NCBI RefSeq assembly: GCF_000006765.1
Contig: NC_002516.2
Reading direction: 5' to 3' (one strand)
DNA: 64,000 bases
Origin: Pseudomonas aeruginosa PAO1
Lineage (GTDB): Bacteria; Pseudomonadota; Gammaproteobacteria; Pseudomonadales; Pseudomonadaceae
The position numbers and the translations under genes are program-made. Positions 21,343 to 31,376 of this stretch are shown one piece after another (positions within the stretch are counted from its first letter, which is position 1; each line of letters starts with the position of its first letter). A model generated the notes under the pieces. That model saw nothing but the letters and a program-made list of their open reading frames with translations, was not told the DNA's origin and searched no databases.

Positions 21343-22467
21343 TCAGGCCTGGCGGTAGGGCAACAGGCCGTGGGCCTCCTCGGCGTAGGCGCGCACACCC
21401 GCCCGCTCCTGTTCGAGGAACTGCGCCACGGCATCGCGCAGACCGGGATGCGCCAGGTAGTGCCAGGAGCGCGTCAGCACCGGCTCGAAACCGCGGATCA
21501 GCTTGTGTTCGCCCTGGGCGCCGGCGTCGAAGCGCGCCAGGCCGGCGCCGATGGCGAATTCCAGGCCCTGGTAGAAGCAGGTCTCGAAGTGCAGCCGGTC
21601 GAACTCGGCCAGGCATCCCCAGTAGCGCCCGTACAGGGTATCTCCAGCGACCAGGCTGAACGCCATCGCCACCGGCTTGCCACGCTGGTGGGCGAAGACC
21701 ACGCGGATCGCCTCCGGCATGCGCTCGGCCAGCAGGCCGAAGAACTCGCGGCTCAGGTAGGGATCGCGGTCGCGCACCAGGTAGGTGTTGGCGTAGCAGA
21801 GATAGACGAAATCCCACTCCAGTTCGGACAACTGGCCGCCTTCCCGCCATTCGAACTCGATGCCCTGTCCGCCGACCTGTTCGCGCTCCTTGCGCAGTTG
21901 CTTGCGCTTGCGCGAACTGAGGGCCTCGAGGAAGTCCTGGAAGTCCCGATAGCCGCGGTTGTGCCAGTGGTACTGGCAACCCAGGCGTTCGAGCCAACCG
22001 TCACGCGCGGCAAGCAAGGTGTCCGCCCGGGCGTCGGTGAAATTCACATGGATGCTCGACAGACCGCTCGCCTCGGCCTCCTCGCCAAGGGACGCGAGCA
22101 GCCCCTGCAACCCTTCGTCCTCGCCCAGCAGGCGCGCACCGGCGACCGGGGTGAAGGGCACCCCTACCAGCAGCTTCGGGTAGTAGCGGATACCGGCCCG
22201 CTGGCAGGCGTCGGCCCAGCTCCAGTCGAACACGTATTCGCCGTACGAGTGCGCCTTCACATAGGCCGGCAGCGCCGCGCACAGCCGCCCTTGCGGATCG
22301 CGCAGCACGCGATGAGCCGGGCGCCAGCCGGTAGCGGGCGTCACGCTGTGGCTGTCTTCCAGCGCGGACAGGAAAGCATGACGCAGGAATGGCTGGGCGG
22401 GAGGCAGCAAGGCGTCCCACTCGGCGGCGTCGATATCGGCAAGGGTGGCAAGCGTCTGGATCGGCAT
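21343..22467 (-). CDS. FemAB-like GNAT protein (PF04339 type)
   Basis: HSYGEYVFDWSWA, LYGRYWG, LHFETCFYQ, GAQGEHK motifs. Confidence 0.9.
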   Translation of the reverse strand: MPIQTLATLADIDAAEWDALLPPAQPFLRHAFLSALEDSHSVTPATGWRPAHRVLRDPQGRLCAALPAYVKAHSYGEYVFDWSWADACQRAGIRYYPKLLVGVPFTPVAGARLLGEDEGLQGLLASLGEEAEASGLSSIHVNFTDARADTLLAARDGWLERLGCQYHWHNRGYRDFQDFLEALSSRKRKQLRKEREQVGGQGIEFEWREGGQLSELEWDFVYLCYANTYLVRDRDPYLSREFFGLLAERMPEAIRVVFAHQRGKPVAMAFSLVAGDTLYGRYWGCLAEFDRLHFETCFYQGLEFAIGAGLARFDAGAQGEHKLIRGFEPVLTRSWHYLAHPGLRDAVAQFLEQERAGVRAYAEEAHGLLPYRQA

Positions 22468-22581
22468 GCGCGCCAGTCTGGCGCGAGACGCAAGGCAAGT
22501 GAAGCCGGTCGATGGAAAAAAGCGCCCGGCGGACCCGCGATGAAACCGCCCTTCTCCAAGCGAAGGCTTCAATCCATCCTA

Positions 22582-22697
22582 CGTAGAGCGCATAACGCCA
22601 ACGGCGTTATCCGCCGATACCCCGCCGCAACGGCGGAGCGAAAGCTGGGAACCCTCCGCGTAGGGCGCATAACGCCGGAGGCGTTATCCGCCGATAC
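22582..22697 (+). repeat. Two direct REP-type palindromic elements
   Basis: 39-nt copies CGTAG(A/G)GCGCATAACGCC-N-GGCGTTATCCGCCGATAC at 22582-22620 and 22659-22697; GTAG tetranucleotide plus hairpin. Confidence 0.85.
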
Positions 22698-22725
22698 CTG
22701 CCGCGACGGCATTCCCGATCGGGCC

Positions 22726-22884
22726 CTAGATCATGCCCAGCAGCAACAGGACCAACAGCACCACCAGCAATGCGCCGATGATCCCCGAGGGCCCGTAGCC
22801 CCAGTTGCGCGAATGAGGAAAGACCGGCAGGCCGCCGATCAGCAGCAGGATCAGGATGATCAGAAGAATCGTACCGAGACTCAT
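22726..22884 (-). CDS. DUF3309 small membrane protein
   Basis: GGLPVFPHSRNWGYGPSG signature. Confidence 0.85.
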   Translation of the reverse strand: MSLGTILLIILILLLIGGLPVFPHSRNWGYGPSGIIGALLVVLLVLLLLGMI

Positions 22885-22992
22885 GGGCGTCGCTCCTGTT
22901 CGGCTCATGGGGCAAAGGGCGGGAGATTCCGCCCTTGTAGTTCTCGACCCCCGCCGAGCAACGAAGATTCAATAAATCCGCGACCTCCAGCC

Positions 22993-23619
22993 TCAGTGGA
23001 TGACCTTGGGCGCCGGCCCCTTGAGCAGACGCATGAACATCAGCGCCACCGCCTGGGCGTCGCCGAGGGCGGTGTGGCGACCGCTGACCGGCACATCCAG
23101 GGCCCGCGCCAGGGTGTCGAAGCGCAGGTCGATGTGTGCGTCGGGAAAATGCCGGCTGACCTTCCGGTGGTACAGCGACGAAATCTCGATGGAGGGGTTG
23201 TGCAACTGTCGGTCGAGGAGCTGGCGCAGGTGCCGGTTCAGCACGGCGACATCGAACGACAGATAGTAGCCCAGCAGCGGTCGGTCGCCGATGAACGCCA
23301 GCACCTGGCGCAGGGCCTGCTCCAGCTGCAACTGTCCCTCCAGGTCGGCGCGGCGCAGCTTGTGGATGCGGATCGACTCCGCATCCAGGCTCGGCGGCGG
23401 CTCGACGTAGAGTTCCAGGCGCTCGCCCATGACCAGTTTGCCGCGCCGCACCAGCACCGCGCCGATGCTGAGGATGTCGGCACGACGCGGGTCGAGGCTG
23501 GTGGTCTCGAGATCGAGGGAGATCACTTCTTCCGCCTCGACCGCCTCGTGCATCCACCAGTACAGCCGGCGGCGCCAGCCCGGCCAGCGGCTGTCGGGCA
23601 ACTTGACCATGGTGTTCAT
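22993..23619 (-). CDS. DEDDh 3'-5' exonuclease (DnaQ-like)
   Basis: DLETTSLD, YYLSFD, HTALGD; ATG overlaps the upstream stop (ATGA). Confidence 0.9.
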   Translation of the reverse strand: MNTMVKLPDSRWPGWRRRLYWWMHEAVEAEEVISLDLETTSLDPRRADILSIGAVLVRRGKLVMGERLELYVEPPPSLDAESIRIHKLRRADLEGQLQLEQALRQVLAFIGDRPLLGYYLSFDVAVLNRHLRQLLDRQLHNPSIEISSLYHRKVSRHFPDAHIDLRFDTLARALDVPVSGRHTALGDAQAVALMFMRLLKGPAPKVIH

Positions 23620-25415
23620 CGGGTCTCCAGGTGGAATTGACGGGCCACGCTCTGCTTGAACTTCTTCACCACATGCAGGCCGTAGCGCAGCATGTCGCGA
23701 TCGTGGCGGCTCATGCCGCTGACGTCCAGGCCCTGCTGGCGACCGTCGCGTTGGCCGGCCAACTGGCGGGTCAGGCGCAGTTGCAGGAACAGCTCGAAAG
23801 ACTCGCTCAGGTCGTCCGCCAGGCGTGCTTCGAGGACCTTGTGTCGCTTCAGCGCCTCGATCCGTGCCAGGGTCCCGCGGGTCTCCAGGCCTTCGCGCAG
23901 GGCCAGGGTGCGGATGCCGTGGACGATGGGGAAGATCCCGCCGCGCTTGAGATCGAGGCGGGCGTCCTGGGTTTTCAGCTGGCCGAGGAAGGTCAGCGGC
24001 GTATCGAATTGCAGGGCCGCCGCCGCGATATCCGCCAGCCAGCGCTCGCCGCCGTCGGCGAAACCGCGCAGTTGCCAACGCAACGGCTCGAACAGCTGCA
24101 GGTTGCCGGCCACCGGCCAGGCATCGGCCAGGATCGACAGGCGCAACAGCTGCTCCGGCTTGCCCTCCAGCAGCGTCCCGCGCAGCTCCGCCTGCCAGGC
24201 CGCCAGCGGCTTGCACCATTCCGGCCGACTGGCCATCACCCCTCCGGGACAGGGCGGATAACCGAACTCCAGCAAGGCCGCGCTGAAGCGCTGCATCATC
24301 GCCAGGGCCTGTTCCTGCGGCAGATCGTCGGCCAGGACCAGGGCATTGTCCTGGTCGGTCTTCAGCAACTGCTCGCCGCGTCCTTCGCTGCCCATCACCA
24401 GCAAGCAGCAGCGCCCGCGCAGGGTTGGCGGCAGCAACAATTCGAAAAGCCGTTCGAGCAATTGCTCGTTGAGCGCGCTGACCAGCTGCATGATGAAGCG
24501 CAGGCGGATACCGTTGCCGGCCAGGGTAGCGATCAGGGTGTCCAGGGTTTCCGCGCAGCGGCGCAGGTCGCCGAGGTCGTCGGCGCGGGCGATGCGCAGC
24601 GCCAGGACGTGGGAATGGGTGGAGAACAGGCTGAGCACCTGGGTCAGGTGCAACAGGCCGATCACCTGACCGTCCTCCGTGACCGCGACCCGCTCGATAC
24701 GCTGGCGCGTCATGAGGATCATCGCGTCGAACAGGAAATCGCCCAGTTCGACGCTGGCCAGCGGACCATGGGCCAACGGCCCGATCGCCTCCAGCTCGCT
24801 GCGCCCGTCGCGGAAGTGCGCGCTCATGAGGTCGGTGCGGGTGACGATGCCGAGCTCGGGCCCGTCCCTCTCCAGCCGCACCAGCAGGGCATCGGCGCCG
24901 TGGCTCAATTGCAGGCGCGCGGCGTCGCCGAGGGACAGCGAGGCCTCCACCTCCAGCGCCGGCAGCAAGTGCTCGCGGGCGATGCGGGTAAGGATGAACT
25001 CGGCAAGGTTCTGCCCGTCGCGCTGGGCCAACTGGCGCTTGGCCGCCAGGTCGGCCTGGAAGAACCGGGCGAAACCCGGGTTCTCCCCGCACAACTGGTG
25101 GAAGCAACTGGCCGGCAGTTCGTAGACGATGCTTTCCTCGATCGCCAGGTAGCGATGCTTGCTGCTGCCGGAAAACAGCCCGCGGACGTCGAACAGGTCG
25201 TCCGCGGCGTACTGGGCGAACACTCGCCCGTCGTCGCCGCGCTCCTCGACCACGCCCTTGAGCAGGACGAACAGCCCGGGGACCGCCGAACCGGCCTCCA
25301 GCAAGGTTTCCCCCGGCGCGTAGTAGCCTACGCTGAGGGCCTGCTTGAGGGTCTCGCGCTGATGGGGACGCAACTGGTCGAAGGGCGGCGAGGCGAAGTT
25401 GAAACTGTCAGGCAT
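23616..25415 (-). CDS. cNMP-binding / CBS / DUF294 nucleotidyltransferase protein
   Basis: N-terminal cNMP-like domain, CBS pair, MGSEGRGEQLLKTDQDN NTase motif, DLKRGGIFPIVHGIR helical domain. Confidence 0.88.
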   Translation of the reverse strand: MPDSFNFASPPFDQLRPHQRETLKQALSVGYYAPGETLLEAGSAVPGLFVLLKGVVEERGDDGRVFAQYAADDLFDVRGLFSGSSKHRYLAIEESIVYELPASCFHQLCGENPGFARFFQADLAAKRQLAQRDGQNLAEFILTRIAREHLLPALEVEASLSLGDAARLQLSHGADALLVRLERDGPELGIVTRTDLMSAHFRDGRSELEAIGPLAHGPLASVELGDFLFDAMILMTRQRIERVAVTEDGQVIGLLHLTQVLSLFSTHSHVLALRIARADDLGDLRRCAETLDTLIATLAGNGIRLRFIMQLVSALNEQLLERLFELLLPPTLRGRCCLLVMGSEGRGEQLLKTDQDNALVLADDLPQEQALAMMQRFSAALLEFGYPPCPGGVMASRPEWCKPLAAWQAELRGTLLEGKPEQLLRLSILADAWPVAGNLQLFEPLRWQLRGFADGGERWLADIAAAALQFDTPLTFLGQLKTQDARLDLKRGGIFPIVHGIRTLALREGLETRGTLARIEALKRHKVLEARLADDLSESFELFLQLRLTRQLAGQRDGRQQGLDVSGMSRHDRDMLRYGLHVVKKFKQSVARQFHLETR

Positions 25416-25442
25416 GGCTCATCTCGCTGTAACCGGGACGCT

Positions 25443-25481
25443 GAAACGAAAGGCGGCGGACCGGAAATCCGGCCGCCGCCT
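25443..25481 (-). terminator. Hairpin with broken U-tract between actP and the DUF294 gene
   Basis: GGCGGCGG-A-CCGG/CCGG-CCGCCGCC stem followed by TTTCGTTTC on the minus strand. Confidence 0.55.
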
Positions 25482-25504
25482 CGGGCTACGTCTTCACGTA
25501 GCGC

Positions 25505-27160
25505 TTAGTGGGCCACCGCGCCAGAGGCGCCCAGGCCGGTCTGGGAACGGATGAACTGCGGGAAGAAGCGCGCCCGCTCCTCGTCGGCCGCCGCCGACTT
25601 GTCGGTGATGGAGAAGAACCAGATACCGACGAAGGCGACGATCATCGAGAACAGCGCCGGGTACTCGTACGGGTAGATGGCTTTCTCGTGGCCGAGGATC
25701 TGCACCCAGATGGTCGGGCCGAGGACCATCAGGCCCACCGCGGTGATCAGGCCCATCCAGCCGCCGATCATGGCGCCGCGGGTGGTCAGCTTCTTCCAGT
25801 ACATGGAGAGCAGCAGCACCGGGAAGTTGCAGCTGGCGGCGATGGAGAAGGCCAGGCCGACCATGAAGGCGATGTTCTGCTTCTCGAAGAGGATGCCGAG
25901 CACGATGGCGACCACGCCCAGGGCCACGGTGGTCATCTTCGAGACCCGCAGCTCGTCCTTCTCGTTGGCCTTGCCGCCCTTGAACACGCTGGCGTACAGG
26001 TCATGGGAGACGGCCGAGGCCCCGGCCAGGGTCAGCCCGGCGACCACCGCGAGGATGGTGGCGAAGGCCACCGCCGAGATGAAGCCGAGGAACAGGCTGC
26101 CGCCCACCGCGTCGGCCAGGTGCACCGCCGCCATGTTGTTGCCGCCGATCAGGGCGCCGGTGGCGTCCTTGAAGTCCGGGTTGGTGCTGACCAGCAGGAT
26201 CGCGCCGAAACCGATGATGAAGGTCAGGATGTAGAAGTAGCCGATGAAACCGGTGGCGTAGAACACGCTCTTGCGCGCTTCCTTGGCGTCGCTGACGGTG
26301 AAGAAGCGCATCAGGATGTGCGGCAGCCCGGCGGTGCCGAACATCAGCGCGAAGCCCAGGGAGAATGCCGAGATCGGATCCTTGACCAGGCCGCCCGGAC
26401 TCATGATCGCCTCGCCCTTCGGATGCACCTTGATGGCTTCGGAGAACAGCGTGCTGACGTCGAAGTTGACGTGCTTGAGCACCATGATCGCCATGAACGA
26501 GGCGCCGGAGAGCAACAGCACGGCCTTGATGATCTGCACCCAGGTGGTCGCCAGCATGCCGCCGAACAGCACGTAGAGCACCATCAGGATGCCCACCAGG
26601 ACCACCGCGACATGGTAGTTGAGGCCGAACAGCAGCTCGATCAGCTTGCCGGCGCCGACCATCTGCGCGATCAGGTAGAACGCCACCACCACCAGCGAGC
26701 CGCAGGCCGACAGGGTGCGGATCTGCTTCTGCTTGAGGCGGTAGGAGGCGACGTCGGCGAAGGTGTACTTGCCCAGGTTGCGCAGGCGCTCGGCGATGAG
26801 GAAGAGGATGATCGGCCAGCCGACCAGGAAGCCGATCGAGTAGATCAGGCCGTCGTAGCCGGAAGTGAAGACCAGCGCCGAAATACCCAGGAAGGATGCC
26901 GCCGACATGTAGTCGCCGGCGATCGCCAGGCCATTCTGGAAGCCGGTGATGCGGCCGCCTGCGGCATAGTAGTCGGCCGCCGAGCGGTTGCGCTTGGATG
27001 CCCAGTAGGTGATGCAGAGGGTCGCGCCGACGAAGGCGACGAACATGACGATGGCCGAGACGTTCAGCGGCTGGCGCTGCACGTCGCCGGTCAGCGCGTC
27101 GGCCCAGAGGGCCGGAGCGAAGGCCGCAAGGCCGAGCGCGGCAAGGAGACGAGCGATCAT
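25505..27160 (-). CDS. actP: Cation/acetate symporter (SSS family)
   Basis: [16 protein letters not shown] and [16 protein letters not shown] signatures. Confidence 0.95.
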   Translation of the reverse strand: MIARLLAALGLAAFAPALWADALTGDVQRQPLNVSAIVMFVAFVGATLCITYWASKRNRSAADYYAAGGRITGFQNGLAIAGDYMSAASFLGISALVFTSGYDGLIYSIGFLVGWPIILFLIAERLRNLGKYTFADVASYRLKQKQIRTLSACGSLVVVAFYLIAQMVGAGKLIELLFGLNYHVAVVLVGILMVLYVLFGGMLATTWVQIIKAVLLLSGASFMAIMVLKHVNFDVSTLFSEAIKVHPKGEAIMSPGGLVKDPISAFSLGFALMFGTAGLPHILMRFFTVSDAKEARKSVFYATGFIGYFYILTFIIGFGAILLVSTNPDFKDATGALIGGNNMAAVHLADAVGGSLFLGFISAVAFATILAVVAGLTLAGASAVSHDLYASVFKGGKANEKDELRVSKMTTVALGVVAIVLGILFEKQNIAFMVGLAFSIAASCNFPVLLLSMYWKKLTTRGAMIGGWMGLITAVGLMVLGPTIWVQILGHEKAIYPYEYPALFSMIVAFVGIWFFSITDKSAAADEERARFFPQFIRSQTGLGASGAVAH

Positions 27161-27468
27161 TGCTGCGCCTCCTTGAGGATTTCCTGGTTCAGGCTGTCGA
27201 ACTCGCCGTTGGCGCGACGCACGTACAGGCCGGTCAGGATGAACGCGGCAAGGATCAGTCCGACACCCATCGGGATGCCCCAGGTCACGGACGAATCGGG
27301 ACTGATACGCGCGCCCAGCAGCTGCGGCTGGAAAGCGATCAGCAGGATGAATATCACGTAGAGGCCAAGCATGATCGAAGAAAGTATCCAGGCGAAACGC
27401 TCTCGCTTGGCCACCAACTCCTTGAAGCGCGGATTGGTATCAATCCGCTGGTAGATGCTGTCGTTCAT
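27157..27468 (-). CDS. DUF485 (YjcH-like) membrane protein
   Basis: Two TM helices; [10 protein letters not shown]; ATGA-coupled to actP. Confidence 0.9.
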   Translation of the reverse strand: MNDSIYQRIDTNPRFKELVAKRERFAWILSSIMLGLYVIFILLIAFQPQLLGARISPDSSVTWGIPMGVGLILAAFILTGLYVRRANGEFDSLNQEILKEAQQ

Positions 27469-27543
27469 TGTTTTTATCCTCACAGCGGGGTGACGCGGAA
27501 TGTCGTCGATATCCACTGTAGGACGCTGGTGCAAGCGCTCCAG

Positions 27544-27557
27544 ACGACTTTAGTCGT
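27544..27557. promoter_or_regulatory. Palindromic operator, candidate CrbR/ErdR site
   Basis: ACGAC-TTTA-GTCGT perfect inverted repeat 76 bp upstream of the operon start; regulator identity is inferred. Confidence 0.5.
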
Positions 27558-27630
27558 AGCGTTTCGCCAGCCGCTCTAGACCGGTATTCCCGGGCCTTCC
27601 GGCAGATTCCGGAGCCAGCCTTCGGCAAGG

Positions 27631-27666
27631 AAAAACGCCGTGCCCGGTTGCCCGGGCACGGCGTTC
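27631..27666 (-). terminator. Intrinsic terminator of betX
   Basis: 14-bp stem AACGCCGTGCCCGG/CCGGGCACGGCGTT with T-tract on the minus strand. Confidence 0.85.
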
Positions 27667-27685
27667 CCCGATCGAACCAGCCGTG

Positions 27686-28543
27686 CTACTGCACCCAGTC
27701 CTTGACCCGTCCCGGGTTGGCCGCCACCCACTGCTTCGCCGCATCCTCGGGTTTGGCGCCCTCCTGGATCGCCAGCATCACCTGGCCGACCTCGTTGCCA
27801 TCCTTCCAGCCGAACTTCTTCAGGAACTCCCAGACCGGCTTGGCCTTGGCCTCCAGCGCCGGGTTGGCGACGGTGTCGACATGCTCGGTATCGCCATAGA
27901 CCTTCTTCGGATCGTCGAGGAACTTCAGCTTCCACTTGGCGAACATCCAGTGCGGAATCCAGCCGGTCACCACCACCGGCTTCTTCTCGTTCTCGGCACG
28001 GGTCAGCTCGGCGATCATGCCGCTGCCGGAACTGGCCACCAGCTTGTAGTCGAGGCCATATTGCTTGATCGCCTCGTCGGTCTTGATCATCACCCCGGCG
28101 CCGGCATCGATACCCACCACGCGGCCGCCGAAAGCGTCCTTCTGCGCCTGGAGGTCGGCGATGCTGTTGGCGCTCACGTATTCGGGGACGATCAGGCCGA
28201 TGCGTGCGTCCGGGTAGTTGATGGCAAGGTTGACCACCTTATCCTTCATCTTCTCGTAGTAGGCGCCGTGGGTGCCCGGCAGCCAGGCCGAGAGCATGGC
28301 ATCGAGCTTGCCGCGCGCCACGCCCTGCCACATGATCCCCGCCGCCACCGGCATCAGCTTCACCTCGTAGCCGAGCTTCTCGCGGATCACCTCGGCGGCC
28401 ACATGGGTGGTCGCCACGCTGTCCGACCAGCCGTCCACGTAACCGATGGTGATCACCGGCTTGTCCGCCGCGGCCGCCATCCCCACAGCCGCCGACATTG
28501 CCAGGCCCGCACTCCAGCACAACAGTCGTCGCATCATTCGCAT
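27686..28543 (-). CDS. betX: Glycine betaine ABC substrate-binding protein
   Basis: OpuAC-type: WSDSVATT, AWLPGTH, GIDAGAG, GWIPHWMF. Confidence 0.88.
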   Translation of the reverse strand: MRMMRRLLCWSAGLAMSAAVGMAAAADKPVITIGYVDGWSDSVATTHVAAEVIREKLGYEVKLMPVAAGIMWQGVARGKLDAMLSAWLPGTHGAYYEKMKDKVVNLAINYPDARIGLIVPEYVSANSIADLQAQKDAFGGRVVGIDAGAGVMIKTDEAIKQYGLDYKLVASSGSGMIAELTRAENEKKPVVVTGWIPHWMFAKWKLKFLDDPKKVYGDTEHVDTVANPALEAKAKPVWEFLKKFGWKDGNEVGQVMLAIQEGAKPEDAAKQWVAANPGRVKDWVQ

Positions 28544-28836
28544 CAGACGTACCCCTTGTTCTATGCCGACGGGGACGCTCCCCGGCGGTCGCGGCACTCT
28601 GCGGTGCCGCCGTCCATCATCGGCGCGCCCGGACGGCGGACTGCTCTGAGAACGACACCCATCGCACCCGATAACGACATGCCTCGAACTGCGCTGCGGC
28701 ACGCTGCGGATGTGCTCCGAGACAGTGCGATCGAAGCGCTCTATGCACTCGATTGGACAGGCCGATTTCCGCTTGGCCGAGCGCCTGGATAGGCTTTCGC
28801 CAAAGAGGAATGATTCTCGATCAAAGGAGAGCAGCC

Positions 28837-29058
28837 ATGCTCAAGACCCTGACCTTCACCGTCATGCACTTCATCATCGCCTTCAGCGTGGCCTATGCGC
28901 TGACCGGCAGCATAGCGGTCGGCGGGCTGGTGGCGGCGGTCGAGCCGCTGTGCAACTCGGTCGGTTTCTACTTCCACGAGAAGATCTGGAAACGCTTCGA
29001 GAAAGACGGCGCGCCGCGCCCGGCTAGCGCCCATGGCTGGCTGCACCGCCACGCCTGA
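28837..29058 (+). CDS. DUF2061 small membrane protein
   Basis: KTLTF..MHF and FYFHEKIW motifs; AAGGAG RBS. Confidence 0.85.
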   Translation: MLKTLTFTVMHFIIAFSVAYALTGSIAVGGLVAAVEPLCNSVGFYFHEKIWKRFEKDGAPRPASAHGWLHRHA

Positions 29059-29200
29059 AGGGATATTCGCGAGGCACGGCAAGAGGCGGGAAAGACCGAT
29101 TGGAACGCTGGCTGCAATAACCCACTGCACTACTGAGGCTTGCAGTTGTCATAGCGGCAGTATATTCACTCAGTACTTTTCCCTCGAAGGGATTCCCCCG

Positions 29201-30562
29201 ATGCCCCACTTCCTCCGTTTCGCTGCCCTGCTCGGCGGCCTCGCCCTCGGTTGTGCCAATCTGGCGCAGGCCCGGGACGTGGACGCCGCGAGCTACGGCT
29301 ATCCACTGACCAACCCGTTCGAGGCGACCATCGCCACCACGCCGCCGGAACTGCGTCCCGAGCTTCCGCACAGCGAGGACATCGACCAGAAGGACTACAG
29401 CCTGAAATTGCGCCCGGAGCGCGAGTTCGCCCTGCCGGACAACTTCTGGCCGGTGAAGAAGCTGCGCTACCGCCTGGCCCGCCAGGATCATGCGGCGCCG
29501 CTGATCTTCATCATTGCCGGGACTGGCGCCCACTACGCCAGCAGCTTCCCGGAATACCTGAAGAAGCTCTTCTACCAGGCCGGCTACCACGTGGTGCAGT
29601 TGTCCTCGCCGACCAGTTGGGACTTCATGGCCAGCGCCTCGCGCTTCGCCACACCGGGCTTTTCCAGCGACGACGCCGATGACCTGTACCGGGTGATGCA
29701 GGCGGTGCGCGCGCAGCAGCGCGACCTGCCGGTGACCGACTATTACCTCACCGGCTATAGCCTGGGGGCGCTGAACGCCGCGTTCGTCAGCCACCTCGAC
29801 GAAAGCCGCCGGAGCTTCAACTTCAAGAAAGTGCTGCTGCTCAACCCACCGGTGAACCTCTACACCTCGGTGAGCAACCTCGACAAACTGGTGGAAACCC
29901 AGGTCAAGGGCATCACTGACTCGCGCACCTTCTACGAGGTGGTGCTGAGCAAGCTGACCCGCTACTTCCGGCAGAAAGGCTACGTCGACATCAACGACGC
30001 CATGCTCTACGACTTCCAGCAGTCGAAGCAACGCCTGAGCAACGAAGAAATGGCCATGCTGATCGGCACCTCGTTCCGCTTCTCCGCCGCCGACATCGCC
30101 TTCACCTCGGACCTGGTCAACCGTCGCGGCCTGATCACCCCGCCGAACTACCCGATCAACGAAGGCACCAGCCTGGAGCCCTTCTTCAAGCGCGCGCTAC
30201 AGTGCGACTTCGAGTGCTACATGACCGAGCAACTGATCCCGATGTGGCGAGCCCGTTACGACGGCGGCAGCCTGACCCAACTGGTCAACCAGGTCAGCCT
30301 CTACAAGCTGCAGGACTATCTGCACGACAGCCCGAAGATCGCCGTGATGCACAACGCCGACGACGTCATCCTCGGCCCGGGCGACCTCGGCTTCCTCCGC
30401 CGGACCTTCGGCGAACGCCTGACCGTCTATCCCTATGGCGGTCACTGCGGCAACCTCAACTACAAGGTCAACGCGCAGGACATGCTGGACTTCTTCGCCA
30501 CGCCCGCTGCCGGACAGACCCAGGTCGCCAGCGCGGCCCTCACCCAGCAGGCAGGAAACTGA
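29201..30562 (+). CDS. mlaY: Periplasmic alpha/beta-hydrolase phospholipase
   Basis: Signal peptide; GYSLG nucleophile, NADD, GGHCG; directly upstream of an MlaA paralog. Confidence 0.8.
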   Translation: MPHFLRFAALLGGLALGCANLAQARDVDAASYGYPLTNPFEATIATTPPELRPELPHSEDIDQKDYSLKLRPEREFALPDNFWPVKKLRYRLARQDHAAPLIFIIAGTGAHYASSFPEYLKKLFYQAGYHVVQLSSPTSWDFMASASRFATPGFSSDDADDLYRVMQAVRAQQRDLPVTDYYLTGYSLGALNAAFVSHLDESRRSFNFKKVLLLNPPVNLYTSVSNLDKLVETQVKGITDSRTFYEVVLSKLTRYFRQKGYVDINDAMLYDFQQSKQRLSNEEMAMLIGTSFRFSAADIAFTSDLVNRRGLITPPNYPINEGTSLEPFFKRALQCDFECYMTEQLIPMWRARYDGGSLTQLVNQVSLYKLQDYLHDSPKIAVMHNADDVILGPGDLGFLRRTFGERLTVYPYGGHCGNLNYKVNAQDMLDFFATPAAGQTQVASAALTQQAGN

Positions 30563-30565
30563 TCG

Positions 30566-31369
30566 ATGAGCCGAACCGCACACTGGATGTTCGCCCTTCT
30601 GCTGAGCGCTGCCGCCAGCGCCCAGGCCGACGAGGCCGCCGCGCCGGCCGAACTGCCGCCACGCCAGCTCGACGGCGACGGTTTCAGCCGTCCACTGGAC
30701 CAACTCAAGTTCAATCCCGGCCTGGATCAACGCGAATTCGAGCGCGCCACCCTCGACGCACTGAACATGTACGATCCCTGGGAATCCTGGAACCGCCGGG
30801 TCTACCACTTCAACTATCGCTTCGACGAGTGGGTGTTCCTGCCCGTGGTACGAGGCTACGAATACGTCACCCCGCACTTCGTCCGCAGCGGCGTGAGCAA
30901 TTTCTTCGACAACCTCGGCGACGTGCCCAATCTGCTGAACAACCTCGCCCAATTGAAGGGCAAGGCGGCGATGGAAACCACCGCGCGGCTGCTGTTCAAC
31001 ACCACCTTCGGTGTGCTCGGCCTGTGGGACCCTGCGACCAGGATGGGCCTGCACAAGCGCAGCGAGGATTTCGGCCAGACCCTCGGCTTCTACGGCGTGG
31101 GCAGCGGCCCCTACCTGGTGCTGCCGATCCTCGGCCCGTCCAACCTGCGCGACACCGGCGGACTGGTGGTGGACTACGTCGGCGAATACCAGGTGAACTA
31201 CCTCAACGTTCCCCAGGCCAGCGGCGACCACCCGGAGATCACCGCCCTGCGCGTGGTGGACAAGCGCTACAACACCAGCTTCCGCTACGGCCAGATGAAC
31301 TCGCCGTTCGAGTACGAGAAACTGCGCTACATCTATACCGAGGCGCGCAAGCTGCAGATCGCCGAGTGA
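30566..31369 (+). CDS. mlaZ: MlaA/VacJ paralog
   Basis: DPWESWNRRVYHFN, EDFGQTLG, GPYLVLPILGPSNLRD. Confidence 0.85.
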   Translation: MSRTAHWMFALLLSAAASAQADEAAAPAELPPRQLDGDGFSRPLDQLKFNPGLDQREFERATLDALNMYDPWESWNRRVYHFNYRFDEWVFLPVVRGYEYVTPHFVRSGVSNFFDNLGDVPNLLNNLAQLKGKAAMETTARLLFNTTFGVLGLWDPATRMGLHKRSEDFGQTLGFYGVGSGPYLVLPILGPSNLRDTGGLVVDYVGEYQVNYLNVPQASGDHPEITALRVVDKRYNTSFRYGQMNSPFEYEKLRYIYTEARKLQIAE

Positions 31370-31376
31370 GACGAAG

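Noticed and set aside
22582-22697. Repeat-spacer-repeat pattern as a mini CRISPR
   Set aside because: Only two copies, GTAG-hairpin REP architecture, no cas genes or leader.
29201-31369. Lipase plus MlaA paralog as a novel OM asymmetry system
   Set aside because: Matches the already described MlaY/MlaZ pair.
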